Assembly: GCA_037384945.1 (NCBI GenBank)
Contig: JARRNM010000024.1
Span: 5,297 to 69,296, forward strand
DNA from: Deltaproteobacteria bacterium
GTDB lineage: Bacteria; Desulfobacterota; Syntrophobacteria; BM002
Length of the DNA: 64,000 bases
Direction of reading: 5' to 3'
Part shown: positions 1 to 9,313 of the stretch, one piece after another
Position numbering within the stretch: the first letter of the stretch is position 1
Layout: every line of letters starts with the position of its first letter
Made by a program: the position numbers and the translations under genes
The notes under the pieces: generated by a model
The model's input: the letters and a program-made list of their open reading frames with translations, nothing else
Told to the model about the DNA's origin: nothing
Databases searched by the model: none

Positions 1-232
1 TAGCAAAAGTGCCTAACAGGTCCGTTGTCAGTAGTCCGTAGCCCGCTGCAAAAACCCCTTGAAACCGTTCAAGTCGTAAAAGGCGTAGAAATCGTAGAAG
101 TCGTCAATTAGAAAATTAGTAAATTCGTTAGACTTGTGAATGGTAAATGGTAAACAATTTGACCAATTCTCTAATTTCCTAATTCTCTAATTAACTACCC
201 GCCCGCTGCAAGCTTTGTCCCAATCTCACCCC
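1..232. repeat. intergenic word-chain repeat region
   Basis: GGTCCGTTGTCAGTAGTCCG, GAAACCGTTCAAGTCGTAAAAGGCGTAGAAATCGTAGAAGTCGT, GGTAAATGGTAAAC, AATTCTCTAATTTCCTAATTCTCTAATT and CCCGCTGCA. Confidence 0.85.
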
Positions 233-493
233 TCAGACCTTTAGCCTCGGCTCGGGAGTTATGACCTTGCCACATTCACTGCAATGTGGTCTTTTTAGCT
301 GTAAATCCCCTTTGGTGACCCACTGATATTTTCCACCACATCCGGGTGCCCCTCTGGAGCCCTCCATGTCCAGCTGATCCTTGAGATTGTCCACGCAGTC
401 CAGACAATAGATGACCTCCCCGGGTTGATCAAAGGACTGACTTATGCCTCGCTGGCAGACTGCAATTATTTGTTCAGCAACTTCTTCCTCCAT
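233..493 (-). CDS. small Cys-rich zinc-ribbon-like protein (hypothetical)
   Basis: 86-aa ORF with two CxxC pairs (CLDC, CSEC). It starts 13 nt downstream of the co-oriented phosphatase ORF. Confidence 0.4.
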   Translation of the reverse strand: MEEEVAEQIIAVCQRGISQSFDQPGEVIYCLDCVDNLKDQLDMEGSRGAPGCGGKYQWVTKGDLQLKRPHCSECGKVITPEPRLKV

Positions 494-505
494 AGTCGCA
501 CTCCT

Positions 506-1141
506 TCATTTCAAGACTTGCAGAAGTTTATCGGCCATTTCCGCAGAGGCTGCCACCACGTTGGGCCCCCGGCCGGTGGGAAAGGTCAGGGGATCCTCTC
601 CCTGCCACACCCTATCTCCTATCATCACGGTGCCACCCGCCTCAAAAGTCAGGAGGAAGCCGATGGCCCGCCTGCGACCGGGGCGGCCCGGGGAAACGGC
701 CGCTGCCGCCCTATTGGTGGCCGGAGCAGAACCGTCCACTGCCGAGCATCTGGACAGGCTCAAGTCAAAACCGGCCATGTGCAGTCGTTTGGACCAGGCT
801 TCATTAACTGATGGAGTTACCAGAACCTTAGCGGTCAGGGTACCTGCTACCACCGGTGCAGGCTTTCCCCATTCCATTTGATGCCAGCAACCGGAGTCCC
901 TCACCGCCCAGTAAAATTCACGTCGGGCCGGGAAGTGGATCAATGCAGCCCGGTACAACCCCTGACTGAACCAGGCCCCCATGACCGCGTAATCAACTGA
1001 ACCTCTCGTGTAGTTGAGCGTGCCGTCGATGGGATCCACAATTACCAGCGGTCGGTCTTCTCCAAATGCAGGAAACAATCGGATGGTGTCCGTCTCCTCC
1101 TCGGTGTCCACGGCCACCTGCGGAAAGGCTTCATGGAGCAA
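506..1141 (-). CDS. inositol monophosphatase / CysQ-family phosphatase, N-terminally short
   Basis: Contains the VDPIDGTLNY motif with an acidic EEE stretch upstream. The start is TTG, and the in-frame upstream stretch is open for only 18 codons, so roughly 35-50 N-terminal residues expected for the family are missing. Confidence 0.7.
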   Translation of the reverse strand: MLHEAFPQVAVDTEEETDTIRLFPAFGEDRPLVIVDPIDGTLNYTRGSVDYAVMGAWFSQGLYRAALIHFPARREFYWAVRDSGCWHQMEWGKPAPVVAGTLTAKVLVTPSVNEAWSKRLHMAGFDLSLSRCSAVDGSAPATNRAAAAVSPGRPGRRRAIGFLLTFEAGGTVMIGDRVWQGEDPLTFPTGRGPNVVAASAEMADKLLQVLK

Positions 1142-1451
1142 GTATAAAATGACATCTTGGGCGGCTAGGTCGACTGCTGTGAGTGCCGATGCTTAAGGAT
1201 TTGAATAGTATTTTATAGTATGATGCTAGATTACACCCAGAAGACGGATTGATAACTAGCCCTCAAGAAGGTCTGCCAGTCGAAAGACTTCAATGAACTG
1301 TTTGCCTCGAGTTTCACTGGCGGCTCCTTTTTACAGGTCGGCGCAAGATGATGGGGACAAGCACTTGCTAATAGCGGCCACCATCACCACGGCGGAGAAC
1401 ATATGGACCTTTTATTTTTTCTCGATGTAAGGAGCGAGTCTTATTTCCAGA

Positions 1452-1706
1452 TCATCCCAGAGGCTTAAAGGTCGAATTTAAAAATTCTTTCATTTCAGCT
1501 TGAGCTGCCGATCCCAGTCTCTCCAGTTCCTTCAGTTTGTTCTTTATTTCTTCCTGCTGGGCATCGAGTTCTTTGAGATGTTCATAAAAGTCCCTGGTCT
1601 TCTCTTTTTCAAGTGCGTTTACCTGGATTCTGCATGCCTCTATTTTTCTGTTGAGATCATTTAACCTGTTTTCCATTTCCAGCCGATAGTCACTTTCGTC
1701 TGTCAT
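1452..1706 (-). CDS. small coiled-coil protein (hypothetical)
   Basis: 84-aa ORF, charged with heptad-like composition. It resembles the ORFs at 15365 and 49917. Confidence 0.5.
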   Translation of the reverse strand: MTDESDYRLEMENRLNDLNRKIEACRIQVNALEKEKTRDFYEHLKELDAQQEEIKNKLKELERLGSAAQAEMKEFLNSTFKPLG

Positions 1707-1861
1707 GGTTTCCTCCTATTATTGTAAGCAATTCATTTGCCTTACTCCATCACTTCATCATTCCATTACTACAGCTGACTGGAGCGCGAAGGATAGAATT
1801 CCTAAACCCACTCAGGGGCAGCTCAAAGTCAAGTCCTCTGGTCCCGGATCCTTTATTCATC

Positions 1862-2980
1862 TTAATCAACTTTTAGTGAGAGTAACTGCAACATATCCTT
1901 TAAGGACACCACGCCTACCAACTGATCATCTTCGACCACAACCAGCCTGCTCCCTCCAGTTCGACGCATGAGGGAAAGCGCCCTTATGGCATCGTCATCA
2001 GGCTTCACAGTGGTATCTGGTGTACATTCCAGGGCAAGCTCCCTTACTGTTACGTCGCTCCATTGCTCTCTTGGGACTTCTTTCACCTGGTTGGTTGTGA
2101 TGCACCCTATGACCCGGTCAGAATTGACCACAGGAAACATTTTGAAGTGATACTTGTAAACGTAGTCTTCCACGAAGTCTTTTAAGGTGGTAGTGGGCTG
2201 CACCGTCACCGGGTTGGGGTTCATGAAACGTTGTACCTTTTCACCCTCGAGAGCCGCACGCGTTACCAGTTGCCTGTAAGACATTTTCGCCGCTGACCTG
2301 AGGAACAGACCGATCAAGAACCACCACATCCCCCCAATAAAATTTCCCCGGAAGACATTGAGAAGACCGAGTAGGATCAAAAGAATGCCGAATCCCGAGC
2401 CAATTTGAGCTGCAATTCTCGTGGCCCAGCGAACGTTCCTTTTCCAGTGCCAGAGAGCTGCGCGGAGCACTCGTCCACCATCCAGCGGAAAGGCGGGCAG
2501 CAGATTGAAACCCGCCAGGAGCGCATTGATCGCTGCCAGGTATATCACCACCCCATTTACCGGATCGCCCCAGCCGATTGTTTTGCCTAAGATGGACACC
2601 CCGTAGAAGACACCAGCGATGGCGATGCTGGAGAGGGGGCCCACACCGGCCATGAGCAATTCTACTTTGGGATTGGGAGGTTCATCTTCCATTTCGGCCA
2701 CGCCGCCGAAAATGAAAAGGGTGATCCCTTTCATGGGCATCCCGTATTTTCTGGCAACCAGCGAGTGAGAGAATTCGTGCACAATAATTGAGATGAACAG
2801 CCCGACTGCCGCAATAATTCCCATCCCCCAGTAGACTTGAATGGAGAGGTTTTTGTAGTAAAAGGGGAAAAGACCCGTTGATAGTGACCAGGCGATGAGC
2901 ACCGCGATAATAATCCAGCTAAGGTCAATTCGAACCTCAAAGCCTAGTAACTTGAATAAATTGATTCTTTTACCAAACAT
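1862..2980 (-). CDS. site-2 protease family (peptidase M50) with C-terminal CBS pair
   Basis: HEFSHSL (HExxH) motif in a multi-TM N-terminal half, a later LLPAFPLDGG motif, and a CBS-like C-terminal ~120 aa. Confidence 0.9.
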   Translation of the reverse strand: MFGKRINLFKLLGFEVRIDLSWIIIAVLIAWSLSTGLFPFYYKNLSIQVYWGMGIIAAVGLFISIIVHEFSHSLVARKYGMPMKGITLFIFGGVAEMEDEPPNPKVELLMAGVGPLSSIAIAGVFYGVSILGKTIGWGDPVNGVVIYLAAINALLAGFNLLPAFPLDGGRVLRAALWHWKRNVRWATRIAAQIGSGFGILLILLGLLNVFRGNFIGGMWWFLIGLFLRSAAKMSYRQLVTRAALEGEKVQRFMNPNPVTVQPTTTLKDFVEDYVYKYHFKMFPVVNSDRVIGCITTNQVKEVPREQWSDVTVRELALECTPDTTVKPDDDAIRALSLMRRTGGSRLVVVEDDQLVGVVSLKDMLQLLSLKVD

Positions 2981-3100
2981 TGTTCATTTCTCTCTTGCAA
3001 CCTGTAGAGGGAGATAGAACTTTCTTATATACGGTAATCAGTAAATACCATTACCCTCCACTCCAGCAGAAAGAGATCCCCTATTAGATTCTCCCTTTAT

Positions 3101-3379
3101 TTACAAATATATGTCAGATCCTATAAATGCAAATAAGGTAAAGGGTGTATTCAGACAAAATCGAGTAAAGTAAATTCTAACTCTCTGCCAATTCCCTCTC
3201 TTTAATCCCTTAGACAACCTGCTGCTGCATTTTCGGAAGTCTGGTTTCGGCTCTACGGGAAAATCTTCAGGATGTTCCAGTTCTTGGTAAGATTTTAGTA
3301 GGTTGGGAAATTCCTCTTGGGAGGGTTCCCTGATCTCTCTGAGATATTCTGGGGGGAGTTGTCTTGCACCCTCTTCCAT
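3101..3379 (-). CDS. hypothetical protein (weak call)
   Basis: 92-aa ORF in an AT-rich gap between lpdA and the M50 gene. No recognisable motif. Confidence 0.25.
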   Translation of the reverse strand: MEEGARQLPPEYLREIREPSQEEFPNLLKSYQELEHPEDFPVEPKPDFRKCSSRLSKGLKRGNWQRVRIYFTRFCLNTPFTLFAFIGSDIYL

Positions 3380-3430
3380 TACAGAGCGGTGCGGTCTTTA
3401 AGGGCAATATCCTCTAGCCGAGGAGCAGGC

Positions 3431-4879
3431 TCAATCCTCTGAACCAATCTCCTCTTCTTTGGGCAGAATGTGAGTTGAACTGCCGAGGAAGGCACCAGCA
3501 GCCTCCTCCTCGGTTTCCGAGAGAGTTGGATGGGGATGAATGCTCAGGGCAAGGTCTTCAGCCAATGCACCCATTTCCACAGCCAAGACCCCTTCCGAGA
3601 TCATTTCTCCGGCTTCTCGGCCCACAATACCCATGCCGAGCACACGTTCCGTTTCAGCATCGACGATGATCTTGGTCATGCCGCTGGACACCCCCATGGA
3701 AGCGGCGCGCCCTGAGGCAACCCAGGGAAAGCGAGATATCCTGACAGAGCGGTTTTCTTTGCGGGCGTTGTCTTCCGTCAGACCACACCAGGCGATTTGC
3801 GGATCGGTATAGACCACCGCCGGAATCGCTCTGACATCAAATGCCGAGGGTTTGCCTGCTATTACCTCGGCCGCCACCTTTCCCTCGTACATGGCCTTGT
3901 GGGCCAACATGACCCCGCCGACCACATCACCTATGGCATAGAGGTTCTTCTGGGCGGTTCGCTGCTGCTGGTCAACCAGCACAAAACCGCGTTCGTCCAC
4001 CTCGACTTTGGTATTCTCCAGGCCAAGATCTTCGGAATTTGGTCGCCGCCCGATGGCTACCAGTAGGCGGTCGAAAGTCTGTGTCGTACCGTCCGCGTCT
4101 CCTTCCAGAGTGACTTTCACTCCGGCACCATCTTCTTCGACACCTGTTACCTTGCTGTTGAAATATATGGTCTCGAAAAGACCTTCCAGCCGTTTTGCCA
4201 AGTTCTCTACAAGATCTCGATCCGCTCCGGGCATGATTCCATCCGTCATCTCTATGAGGGTGACCCTGCTGCCTAAGGAGGCGTAAACGGATCCCAACTC
4301 CACGCCAACGTAGCCGCCGCCAACCACTAAAAGTCTCTCGGGTATTTCCTCCAATGTGAGAGCTCCGCCGGAATCCATGATTCTGCCACCTGGCTTGAAC
4401 TCAGTTCCCGGTAAAGGTATTGGACGGGACCCGGTAGCAATAACGGCGTGTTTGAAGCTAATGTGGCTCACATCGCTCTCGGTGTCAAAGAGGCGGACGT
4501 GGTGGGGGTCTTCAAATCCGGCCCTGGCCTGGATGTATTCGACTTTGCGCTTTTTGCTCAACTGAGCGAGCCCTTTGGCCAGTTTGTCCACCACCTGATC
4601 CTTCCACTCACGGAGACGGAGGAGATCCACCTGGGGCTGGTTGAAGTCCAACCCCATTTTTTCGGCACCTTTGACGTCGTGGAGTAATTCGGATACATAG
4701 AGCAAGGCTTTTGAGGGAATACATCCGCGAAAAAGACAAACTCCGCCGGCTCTGGGCTCCATGTCCACTATGGTCACTTCCAAACCCAGATCGGCTGCAC
4801 GGAATGCTGCGGCATACCCCCCGGGGCCCCCGCCGATTACCAGAACCTCAGTTTCCTGGGTGAACTCTCCCATTACCAT
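3431..4879 (-). CDS. lpdA: dihydrolipoyl dehydrogenase (E3)
   Basis: GGGPGGY FAD-binding motif, redox disulfide GGVCLFRGCIPSK, and a second GGGYVGVE NAD-binding motif. Last gene of the 2-oxoacid dehydrogenase operon. Confidence 0.95.
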   Translation of the reverse strand: MVMGEFTQETEVLVIGGGPGGYAAAFRAADLGLEVTIVDMEPRAGGVCLFRGCIPSKALLYVSELLHDVKGAEKMGLDFNQPQVDLLRLREWKDQVVDKLAKGLAQLSKKRKVEYIQARAGFEDPHHVRLFDTESDVSHISFKHAVIATGSRPIPLPGTEFKPGGRIMDSGGALTLEEIPERLLVVGGGYVGVELGSVYASLGSRVTLIEMTDGIMPGADRDLVENLAKRLEGLFETIYFNSKVTGVEEDGAGVKVTLEGDADGTTQTFDRLLVAIGRRPNSEDLGLENTKVEVDERGFVLVDQQQRTAQKNLYAIGDVVGGVMLAHKAMYEGKVAAEVIAGKPSAFDVRAIPAVVYTDPQIAWCGLTEDNARKENRSVRISRFPWVASGRAASMGVSSGMTKIIVDAETERVLGMGIVGREAGEMISEGVLAVEMGALAEDLALSIHPHPTLSETEEEAAGAFLGSSTHILPKEEEIGSED

Positions 4880-4922
4880 ATGTTTCTCTCCCTCTTTCCA
4901 GATTACTTACCAAGTAATTGAC

Positions 4923-5334
4923 CACACAGAGCACAAAGGTCACAAAGGATAAACGATAGAGATCGTTAAAGTCGTTAAAGTCGTTGAAGTCGTTAAAGTC
5001 GTTGAAGTCGTTGAAGTCGTTGAAGTCGTTGAAGTCGTAAACGGTAAACGGTAAACCGTTGAAACTATTCCTTTCTCAGGTCTAAACTTTGAACTTGGAA
5101 CTTTGAACTTGGAACTTGAATCCTCCGACCTCCGACCTCTGACCTCCGACCTCTGACCTCCGTCCTCTGTCCTCCCGCGTCTGTCCTCTGTCCTCTCACC
5201 TCGTCTCGCTCGACATCCCGTCTCGTCTTACTCCATGCTCTATGCCCTATGCCTATGTCACAACGGACCACGGACCACGGACAACTGACACTCAACGGTT
5301 TCTACGATTTCAACGATTTCAACGGCTGTATCGT
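4923..5334. repeat. intergenic word-chain repeat region between E2 and lpdA
   Basis: About ten different tandem word modules in series (see finding 1). Confidence 0.95.
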
Positions 5335-6654
5335 TTACATATGCATCATGAGTTTCTCCGGGCTCTCCAGGACCTCGATGATTACATTGAGGAAGCGAGC
5401 TGCATCAGCTCCATCAGCTATCCGGTGGTCGAAACCAACACAGAGGGGAAGCATCAATCTCGGCACTACCTGGCAATTGTCCAGATCCCCCTGAATAACC
5501 GGTTGAAGTCGTGCCTGAGCGACGCCGAGAATGGCTACCTGGGGATAGTTAACAATAGGAGTGAAGCCGGTACCTCCCAGGGGGCCGACATTGGTTATGG
5601 TAAAGGTACCCCCGGCGAGCTCTTGGCGCTCCACCTCACCCTCACGAGTCCGCTCCGCCAGTTCATACAACTCGAGTGCAAGTTCGGTGATACTCTTCCG
5701 GTCCACATCCCTGACGACCGGAACTATCAGGCCCCGTTCAGTGTCAACCGCCACTCCTATGTGGTAGTAATTTTTGAGAATAATCTCTCCCTTCTTAACA
5801 TCCAGGCTGGCATTGAAACGGGGATGCTCCTTCAGGGCAGCAACAGCGGCTTTAAGAATAAACATGGTAAGGGTGAGCTTTCCGCCCTGCGTTTCGATTT
5901 CACTCTGATGCTTGCGTCGAAATACCTCCAGTTCACTGACGTCCGCCACATCCTCATGGGTGACGTGGGGAATTTGAGACCACGCCAGAGTCATACGGTT
6001 TGCTGTGGCTCTCCTGATGGAACGCAAAGGCTTTCTCTCTATAGGCCCCCAACTGCTGAAGTCTGGAAGCGGCGGCGGCGCAAGCTGAACCGGCCGTGAA
6101 ACCTCCGGCTGTTCAATCTCTTTTTCGGGAGCTTTTTCCTCCTCGACTTTCGTCGCCTTTGCCTGAGAGTAAGACCGCACGTCCTCAGCAGTGACCTGTC
6201 CTTGGGGTCCGCTGGGGGTCACCTGGCGCAGGTCTACTCCCAATTCACGAGCCAATCGCCGGGTGGAAGGAGCGGCGGGCACCGGTTCCTCTTTTCCCTC
6301 ATCAACCTTAGGCCTGGGCTCCTTCTTTTCTTCCGCAGCCTTTTCCTCAACCTTTCTCTTTTCTTTTTTTACTTTCCCTTTCTCTTTTTTCCCCGCGGCG
6401 ACCTCAGCTTCTTCTCCCTTCTCCAGGAAGGTCATAAGCACTTGGCCCACTTTCACCACGTCTCCCACTTTAACTGGAATGCTCTGGACGACACCGTCCA
6501 CCGGTGAGGGGATCTCAGTGGCCGCCTTGTCCGTTTCCACCACAAGGATCGCTTGACCGTCCTCGACCTGGTCTCCTTCGGAAACCAGAATTTCGACAAT
6601 CTCCGCTTCGTGGATACCCTCTCCTGGATCTGGCATCTTGAATTCCTTCGGCAT
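5335..6654 (-). CDS. dihydrolipoamide acyltransferase (E2)
   Basis: N-terminal lipoyl domain (VETDKA), a Lys/Glu/Pro-rich linker, a subunit-binding segment (PSTRRLARELGVDL), and the catalytic DHRIADGA motif. Confidence 0.95.
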   Translation of the reverse strand: MPKEFKMPDPGEGIHEAEIVEILVSEGDQVEDGQAILVVETDKAATEIPSPVDGVVQSIPVKVGDVVKVGQVLMTFLEKGEEAEVAAGKKEKGKVKKEKRKVEEKAAEEKKEPRPKVDEGKEEPVPAAPSTRRLARELGVDLRQVTPSGPQGQVTAEDVRSYSQAKATKVEEEKAPEKEIEQPEVSRPVQLAPPPLPDFSSWGPIERKPLRSIRRATANRMTLAWSQIPHVTHEDVADVSELEVFRRKHQSEIETQGGKLTLTMFILKAAVAALKEHPRFNASLDVKKGEIILKNYYHIGVAVDTERGLIVPVVRDVDRKSITELALELYELAERTREGEVERQELAGGTFTITNVGPLGGTGFTPIVNYPQVAILGVAQARLQPVIQGDLDNCQVVPRLMLPLCVGFDHRIADGADAARFLNVIIEVLESPEKLMMHM

Positions 6655-6704
6655 GGCAACTTCTCCTCTTCTGATGCTAAATGCGATGCTTGTGATTTTT
6701 CAAG

Positions 6705-6986
6705 CCACAGAGCTCACCAAGTCCCCGTCAATTCGTCGATTAGTCAACTCGTCAAATGGTTCAATGGTCAAAGAGTTAATTCGCCACTGAAGCTATTCAG
6801 AACCGTTTGACCTTTGGGCATGTTAACGATTTGGCTTCCTGCCTGTTACCTCGGCGCTCTAATCCCCGTCTCGCTCGTCTCGCCCGACATCTCGTCTCGT
6901 ATTACTCCATGCTCTATGCCTTCCCCACAACGGACCACCCCAGTGGAATGGACTTCGTATTCCACGGGGCAGGAGGACAACTGACA
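6705..6986 (+). repeat. composite word-chain element between E1 beta and E2
   Basis: Collinear with the reverse complement of 31224-31447. Confidence 0.9.
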
Positions 6987-6994
6987 ATCCCTGA

Positions 6995-7981
6995 TTAAGC
7001 AACAAACTTGAGCGTCTTTCTCGCTGCCAGCAGAATTCTATGCACCCCGGGCAGATAATCATTCTCCCTTTGAAAGAGGGGAATAATGACATCGAATCCC
7101 GTAACCCTGGCAATGGGTGCCTCCAGGTAGAGAAAAGACTTTTCCACCAGGCGGGACGCCACTTCCGCTCCGGGGCCAAAACTTCGATGTGCTTCGTGAA
7201 CGATTACTGCGCGACCGGTTTTTTGCACCGACTGGTTCAACAATTTGTCGTCCAGCGGCGATATAGTGAGCAGGTCGATGACTTCCGGTTCGACTCCGTC
7301 ACTCTTTTTCAGTTCTTCCGCAGCCTTTATGGTGGGCCGCATCATGGCCCCATAGGAGATCATGGTCAGATCCTTGCCTTCCTGAACGACTTCGGCCTTG
7401 CCCAGGGGAATGGTTTCTTCTTCATCGGGAACCTCTTCCCGGAAGGCGCGGTAGATGGCTTTGGGTTCATAGAATATTACCGGGTCCGGGTCGCGGATGG
7501 CGCTCACCAGCAAGGCCCGTGCATTGCGCGGCGAGGAGGGAATGACCGTTTTGAGCCCGGGGGTGTGAGCATAGTACGCCTCTTTGCTCTCGGAGTGATG
7601 TTCCAGCGCTCTCACCCCCCCACCATAAGGAGCACGCAATACCATGGGTACGTGAAAGCGCCCACCGGAGCGACCTCTCAAGCGAACGGCGTGATTTTCC
7701 ATCTGGTGGAGGCACATGTAGCTAAAGCCGGAAAATTGAATTTCACAAACCGGTCGAAGGCCGTAGACCGCCATACCTATGCTAACGGCGCAAATTGCCG
7801 ACTCGGCAAGGGGAGTATCCATAACCCGCTCTTTGCCGAACTTCTCTATAAGTCCATCAGTAACTCGAAAAACGCCCCCATCCACTCCCACATCCTCGCC
7901 CAAGACGATCACCCCATCATCCTGCTCCATTTCTTGGTGCAGGGCGAGGTTGATTGCTTGAATCATGGTCAATGCAGCCAT
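6995..7981 (-). CDS. 2-oxoacid dehydrogenase E1 component beta subunit
   Basis: Transketolase-like pyrimidine-binding and C-terminal domains. I chose the internal ATG (MAALTMIQAINLAL), which lies 4 nt after the E1 alpha stop; the longer ORF to 8077 overlaps E1 alpha. Confidence 0.9.
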   Translation of the reverse strand: MAALTMIQAINLALHQEMEQDDGVIVLGEDVGVDGGVFRVTDGLIEKFGKERVMDTPLAESAICAVSIGMAVYGLRPVCEIQFSGFSYMCLHQMENHAVRLRGRSGGRFHVPMVLRAPYGGGVRALEHHSESKEAYYAHTPGLKTVIPSSPRNARALLVSAIRDPDPVIFYEPKAIYRAFREEVPDEEETIPLGKAEVVQEGKDLTMISYGAMMRPTIKAAEELKKSDGVEPEVIDLLTISPLDDKLLNQSVQKTGRAVIVHEAHRSFGPGAEVASRLVEKSFLYLEAPIARVTGFDVIIPLFQRENDYLPGVHRILLAARKTLKFVA

Positions 7982-7985
7982 CGGT

Positions 7986-9083
7986 CTACTCCTTTTCTTC
8001 CTTTTCTGCCAATTCCAGGCTGAGTTCTTCTCGTTGTTCCTCGAGGTAGGGCGGTAATTCTTCGAAAACGTTGTCAAACATGAGCAAGGGATCCCCGAGC
8101 TCCTTTTGTTTTTTCTCGTAGCCTGTCACTGCTTCCTTGATCTCCTGCTTGATCTCTTCCTCCAGGGAATCGATCTCTTTTGCCGAAAGCAGGTCTCTGT
8201 CAATCAGGTATTTCTGAAATCGGCTGAGGGGGTCTCGTTTGGACCATTCTTCTAACTCTTCCTCCTTCCGGTAGCGTTTCGGATCGTCTGCTGTGGTGTG
8301 CATGGTCATCCTGTAAGTCACGCATTCAATCATGCTGGGCCCTCCTCCCGATCGACCCCTTTCCACACATTCCTTTGCCGCGGCATAAACTGCGAGTATA
8401 TCGTTTCCATCCACCTGCATTCCGGGAATGCCGTAGGCAAGAGCCTTTTGCGCCAGGGTCTTGGAACGGCTTTGCTGGGCCCGCGGAATGGAGATGGCCC
8501 AGTGATTGTTTTGGCAGACAAAGATAGTGGGAGTCTGGAATACCCCGGCAAAATTCAGGGCTTCGTGGAAATCACCTTCCGAGGTGGCGCCATCGCCGAA
8601 GAAAACCATGGCCACATTCTTTTTTCCCCGGTATTTAATAGCATAGCCTAGTCCTACGGCATGGGGAATTTGGGTGCCAACGGGGATAGATACGGGCAGG
8701 TTGTTGATGCCTTCTGGAATAGTACCTCCCTCGTTGTACCCACCATAGGCAAGGAGGACACTTTCGAGGCTCTTGCCGCGCCATACCTCTGCAGCCATTT
8801 CCCGAAAGGAGGGAAGCAGCCAATCGTCGTCCTCCAGAGTTGCAGCAGCACCCAACTGGGAGGCCTCCTGCCCCTTGATGGGGGCGAAGGTCCCTATACG
8901 CCCCTGGCGCTGCAGGCTTAGCAAGCGCTCATCAAACCTTCGGCTCAGCAGCATTGATCGGTGTAGTTTGATCAAGAGCTCCTCCGGCATGTTCGGCTCG
9001 AGCTCTTCGTCTACTTGGCCATCTTCGCTCAAAATTGAAAGGTATTCGATCCGGCAGGGGATATCAACTTTTTCTCGTGGCAC
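7986..9083 (-). CDS. 2-oxoacid dehydrogenase E1 component alpha subunit (TPP-dependent)
   Basis: TPP-binding GDGATSEGDFHEALNFA motif, GTG start. Substrate (pyruvate, branched-chain or acetoin) cannot be determined. Confidence 0.9.
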   Translation of the reverse strand: MPREKVDIPCRIEYLSILSEDGQVDEELEPNMPEELLIKLHRSMLLSRRFDERLLSLQRQGRIGTFAPIKGQEASQLGAAATLEDDDWLLPSFREMAAEVWRGKSLESVLLAYGGYNEGGTIPEGINNLPVSIPVGTQIPHAVGLGYAIKYRGKKNVAMVFFGDGATSEGDFHEALNFAGVFQTPTIFVCQNNHWAISIPRAQQSRSKTLAQKALAYGIPGMQVDGNDILAVYAAAKECVERGRSGGGPSMIECVTYRMTMHTTADDPKRYRKEEELEEWSKRDPLSRFQKYLIDRDLLSAKEIDSLEEEIKQEIKEAVTGYEKKQKELGDPLLMFDNVFEELPPYLEEQREELSLELAEKEEKE

Positions 9084-9313
9084 AGGTTTTCTCCTTTTCT
9101 TGGGAATCGAACTTTACCGTTAATAAGCAAACTACAGCACCCGGAAGAAATGAATAGGGTGCTTTCCTTATTTTAACGGGGAAGCAAATGTAAATGCATA
9201 AGAAAATGAGGGAGATGGTTAAACAACTTAATAACTCCATGGTCTACCTTTGAATTTCCATACGGAGCTACGCTAATTTTGGGGAAATATTAATATGTTA
9301 ACAAGTTATTTAG

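Noticed and set aside
4962-5042. Possible CRISPR array suggested by the regular short repeats (GTCGTTRAA x8-9, and similar arrays elsewhere).
   Set aside because: The units are 7-14 bp and directly abutting, with no unique spacers. No 24-40 bp repeat/spacer periodicity and no cas genes occur anywhere in the window.
5201-5227. Repeated CGTCTC (a type IIS restriction-enzyme recognition sequence) in the CGTCTCG word arrays, read as a sign of restriction-modification-related selection or of an engineered construct.
   Set aside because: The site is just part of a heptamer word. No R-M genes are in the window, and the surrounding natural-looking degeneracy argues against engineering.
7040-8023. 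Long antisense ORFs opposite well-supported genes: 7040-8023 opposite E1 beta, 5242-6099 opposite E2, 17514-18713 opposite otsA, 28456-29391 opposite CheB, 20087-20644 opposite mlaE.
   Set aside because: These are shadow ORFs of strongly supported genes on the other strand. Their translations are low-complexity (Arg/Gly/Pro/His-rich) with no motifs.
9130-9175. The hairpin AGCACCC...GGGTGCT followed by a T-rich tract, read as a terminator between the GH65 gene and the dehydrogenase operon.
   Set aside because: The T-tract is on the plus strand, where no gene ends. On the minus strand, the relevant one, there is no U-tract, so function is uncertain.
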